A DNA stretch of 63,497 nucleotides, filler included, from Octopus bimaculoides (lineage: Eukaryota), in the NCBI RefSeq assembly GCF_001194135.2. It is 8 parts of 6 records of this genome, joined end to end, with 100 filler letters (N's around TTAATTAATTAA, not from the genome) between each part and the next. Parts side by side here need not be neighbours in the genome. Positions count along the whole stretch, not along the records: positions 59,118 to 61,608 come from NC_069000.1; positions 61,709 to 63,497 come from NC_068986.1; 6 more parts are not named here. One strand, written 5' to 3'. Positions 59,959 to 63,497 of the stretch are shown piece by piece (the stretch's first letter is position 1; each line of letters opens with the position of its first letter). Made by a program: the position numbers and the translations under genes. The notes under the pieces were generated by a model. The model had not been told where the DNA came from and searched no databases. It saw only the letters and a list, made by a program, of their open reading frames with translations.

Positions 59959-61147
59959 ACATATAGACAGACAAACATAGATAGATAGATAGATTTATAC
60001 TAACAAATGTATGTACATACATATCTTAGAAAGTCCTAGCTGTGATTAAGTATTATTTGAAAGTAAACACATTCCTTCTCTATTTTTGATGTATAGAAAA
60101 TAGAAAAGAGGAAACTTTTTACAGACCATTTTTGCAATTTATTGTCCACTCCTCTGAGAATGATATTTTTCCAAATCATTAGCAAAGAATATTCAGCTCA
60201 ATATAAAACAGTCAGGAATTAAGCTATCACAGTAGTGGACATATAATTTGCATATTTGTCTTTTCATAGATATATTTTTCTACTCTTGGCTTACTCAGAC
60301 TCTTTTAGATTACAATCTCAGACTACATATTTTATTGCATTATTCAACAAACCAATTTTTATGCTCCCACTTCATCATTCTTCCACTACCTTTAATTCAC
60401 TCCATTCCACTTTCCTGTCCACTTTCCCATGATATCTAACTCCAATTCGACATCCAATTCTACCTCTCACAATTCTATCTGCTTTTGTTACTTTATCTCT
60501 GACCTTCCATGCTCCAAACTTAAAACCCTTCTTTCATCAGTAAAGGTATCCATTTCATACCCCCTAATCAGTAGCAAGTATCTACTTCATGACCACTCAT
60601 CAACAGGCCTATCCAGTTCATACTTTCCAATAATGAGTTTCAGACATACTGCCAGTGTTTCATGACTCCCATACCAAGCAAAACCGATCACTTATTTCTG
60701 TGGCTCTCCACCCAACACCAAGCACTTCTGATTACTTCACAGGCTTTGCTTGCCAACCATCGCTCTGGATGCTTTGCCCTGGTCAGCTTAGCATTTCAGA
60801 CTTGGTTACAGATGCCAGCATCAGGTTCAAGCAAATCCAATGCTTCAACATTACCTAGGTTGATTCTTCCTCATTCCACTGTCTCCAAGATGGCCCCAAG
60901 AGCAGCACCATGGTGGCACATGCACCGGTTTCTACAAAGTGCAGGCTCTTTGACAGCATCCCAAATCCTAATTCCACTTCCAAATATCCTCTGATTGTGC
61001 TCCATAATCCACTGGTCATCTACTTCAGCTTACTTCATAGTCTACACACCACCACAATATATTTCCTCCTCCAAATCCATAAATCCAATCACTCCAGCAA
61101 CCCCAAACATTTCACCTGTAACTGCCCAACCCAATTCATTTCTGTCT

Positions 61148-61183
<36 letters not shown>

Positions 61184-61347
61184 AGCAATTTTCTATCACA
61201 CATAACATACATAAACATCAACACAGTTTAGCAAAAACATTCATTCATATGTACATACAAACGAACACAAGTATCCTGAACCAAATACATGTACATCAAA
61301 CACATGCAAGCAAACACATATAGTTCTGAAAGTACACACACACACAC

Positions 61348-61380
<33 letters not shown>

Positions 61381-61544
61381 TCCACACACATGTGAACACA
61401 TGATAGCAGTGACCTCATATGCAGAACAAACATTTACATACAAAAGTCTACATTTATCATTGACACAAACATACATACACACTTGAAATACACTCATGCA
61501 CAAAACACAAACATACAAACACACTCACACACACACACACACAC

Positions 61545-61608
<64 letters not shown>

Positions 61609-61652
61609 NNNNNNNNNNNNNNNNNNNNNNNNNNNNNNNNNNNNNNNNNNNN

Positions 61653-61664
61653 TTAATTAATTAA
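61653..61664. other. Artificial scaffold linker
   Basis: TTAATTAATTAA inside an N run. Confidence 0.95.
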
Positions 61665-62293
61665 NNNNNNNNNNNNNNNNNNNNNNNNNNNNNNNNNNNN
61701 NNNNNNNNAGAGACAACAATGCATAAATCGTAATTTTTAAAAGAGCAATGAATTCTGGGTGATTAGAATATAACGTAGCATGAATTTAGGAAGCTTAGAA
61801 AATGAATAAGCATGAATTTAAGACAACAACTGAATTCAATTGAATTTCATGGAGAGAAACAAGATAAATAATAGGGGGCAAACTAAAGCGCGAAGGTATT
61901 ATGAGATGTTTGAGGCCGTAAATAAATAAAAAAAAAATAATAATAATATTCAATGACCATTTGAGCAGGATGGGCTACTTGACCTGAAGAAAATTCTAAC
62001 TGGGCCTCACCTGCGAGGTCATGCACTATTTATCTTGATATGAGATCACCATGTCGCACACACATGGTTGTGATGCATGTGTCTAGTGTACCCTTATCAG
62101 ATGGGTATACTGGGCTAGATGTTCTTGGAGCTTTGTTATTTTTGTTCTGAACAAACTGTTTGTTACTGTTGCACACTCACACACACACACACACACACGT
62201 GCACACACACACACATACATACACACCCACAAAACACAACACACGCATAAACACATAACACACACACACACATGTGCGTGCACACACACACAC

Positions 62294-62916
62294 AATGAAG
62301 ACAGCTGTGTAAAGCAGTGCCAATCTCTAACTGTGAAGGGAACCCGTGGTAGAGGTAGACCCAGGAAGACATGGAACAAAGTAATGAAACATGATCTTTG
62401 AACTTTGGGCCTCATCGAGACGATGACTAGTGACCAAAACCTTTGGCAATATGCTGTAACTGAGAAAACCCGTCAAGCCAAGTGAAATCGTAGCTGGGGC
62501 TGATGCTGGTATCACATAACTGGCACCTGTGCTGGTGGCACATAAAAAGCACTTTTCAAGTGTTGGTCCTGATGGAGGCACAGTTGCCGATGCTGGTGGC
62601 ACGTGAAAAGCACCTTTTGAGTGTTGGGCCTCTCAGAGTCAATGACAAATGACCGAGACCTTTGGTGTTATGCTGGGCATGAGAAGAAAACCCATCAAGG
62701 CAAGTAAAATCATAGTCATGGCAGATACTGGTGTCATGCAAATGACACCCATTACAATATCAGAGTGGTTGGCATTAGGAAGGGCATCCAACTGTAGAAA
62801 CCATGCCAGATCAGGCTAGAGTATGGTGCAGCCTTCCAGCTTGTCAGCCCTGGTCAAACCGTCCAACTCATACCAGCATGGAAAATGGACATTAAATGAT
62901 GATGATGATGATGATG
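62294..62916 (+). mobile_element. RTE-clade LINE 3' end (ORF C-terminus, modular 3'UTR, (GAT)n tail)
   Basis: NEDSCVKQCQSLTVKGTRGRGRPRKTWNKVMKHDL*TLGLIETMTSDQNLWQYAVTEKTRQAK* carries the RTE RGRPRKTW..V..DL motif. Ends ggacattaaat(gat)n. Confidence 0.9.
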
Positions 62917-63059
62917 TTGAAGATATTTACTAGTTATTCTTGTATTTTATTGATTTTTTGAATAAGGTTTTTGTGATATATTTGTTTTCTGGAGGGTGTG
63001 AGTTTAATTCTTCTTTGTTGAATTATTTAATAGTGGTTTTTCTTTAAATTATATACATA

Positions 63060-63447
63060 TAGGAGTAGCTTGCTTACGAACCACATGGTTGCAGGTTCAG
63101 TCCCACTACGTAGAACCTTGGGCAAGTGTCTTCTACTATAGCCTCGGGCCGACCAAAGCCTTGTGAGTGGATTTGGTAGACAGAAACTGAAAGAAGCCTG
63201 TCGTATATATGTATATGTATATATATATATGTGTGTTTTTGAGTCTGTGTTTGTCCCCCCAACATCGCTTGACAACCGATGCTGGTGTGTTTACGTCCCC
63301 CATAACTTAGCGGTTCGGCAAAACCGACTGATAGAATAAGTACTAGGCTTACAAAGAATAAACCCTGGGGTCGATTTGCTCAACTAAAGGCGGTGCTCCA
63401 GCATGGCCACAGCCAAATGACTGAAACAAGTAAAAAAAGAAGAGAGT
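63060..63447 (+). mobile_element. Near full-length SINE family A
   Basis: gtagcttgcttacgaaccacatgg...ggttcagtccc...ccttgggcaag...ctaaaggcggtgctccagcatggccacagccaaatgactgaaacaagtaaaa. Confidence 0.95.
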
Positions 63448-63497
63448 ATGTATGTATATATATACATACACACATATATATATATACATACATATAT

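Noticed and set aside
60430-61140. Overlapping 67-137 aa ORFs in C/A-rich DNA
   Set aside because: No domain recognised and stops occur in each extended frame; probably retroelement debris of unknown class.
61945-62130. Possible retroposon 3' end on the minus strand ending in (ATT)n
   Set aside because: Single copy in the window, with no coding motif to classify it.

Overview
AT-rich, microsatellite-dense eukaryotic draft-genome DNA with many N gaps. The repeat families and simple-repeat profile point to an octopus, probably Octopus bimaculoides (inference). Seven artificial N44-TTAATTAATTAA-N44 linkers split the window into eight pieces whose true adjacency is unproven. Almost all ORFs in the supplied track are microsatellite or gap artefacts. 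The only confident host coding sequence is not in that track: the terminal exon of PIN4 (parvulin-14) on the minus strand at 18627-18785. It encodes Ser at a normally conserved C-terminal Gly, a candidate A-to-I recoding site, and is bracketed by an inverted pair of SINE tails. The rest is transposon debris: three tRNA-derived SINE families (A, B and C, my labels), CR1-group, RTE and restriction-like-endonuclease (R4/Dong-type) LINE fragments, Penelope-like remnants with hammerhead-like cores, and mariner, maT and Chapaev3-type DNA transposon fossils. The best leads are the PIN4 editing hypothesis, a LINE that shares its 3' tail with SINE family A, a double-hairpin 62-bp minisatellite derived from the RTE 3'UTR, and the hammerhead-like motifs. 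No prokaryotic system, CRISPR array, rRNA or true tRNA gene is supported. Repeat boundaries were read by eye and are approximate.
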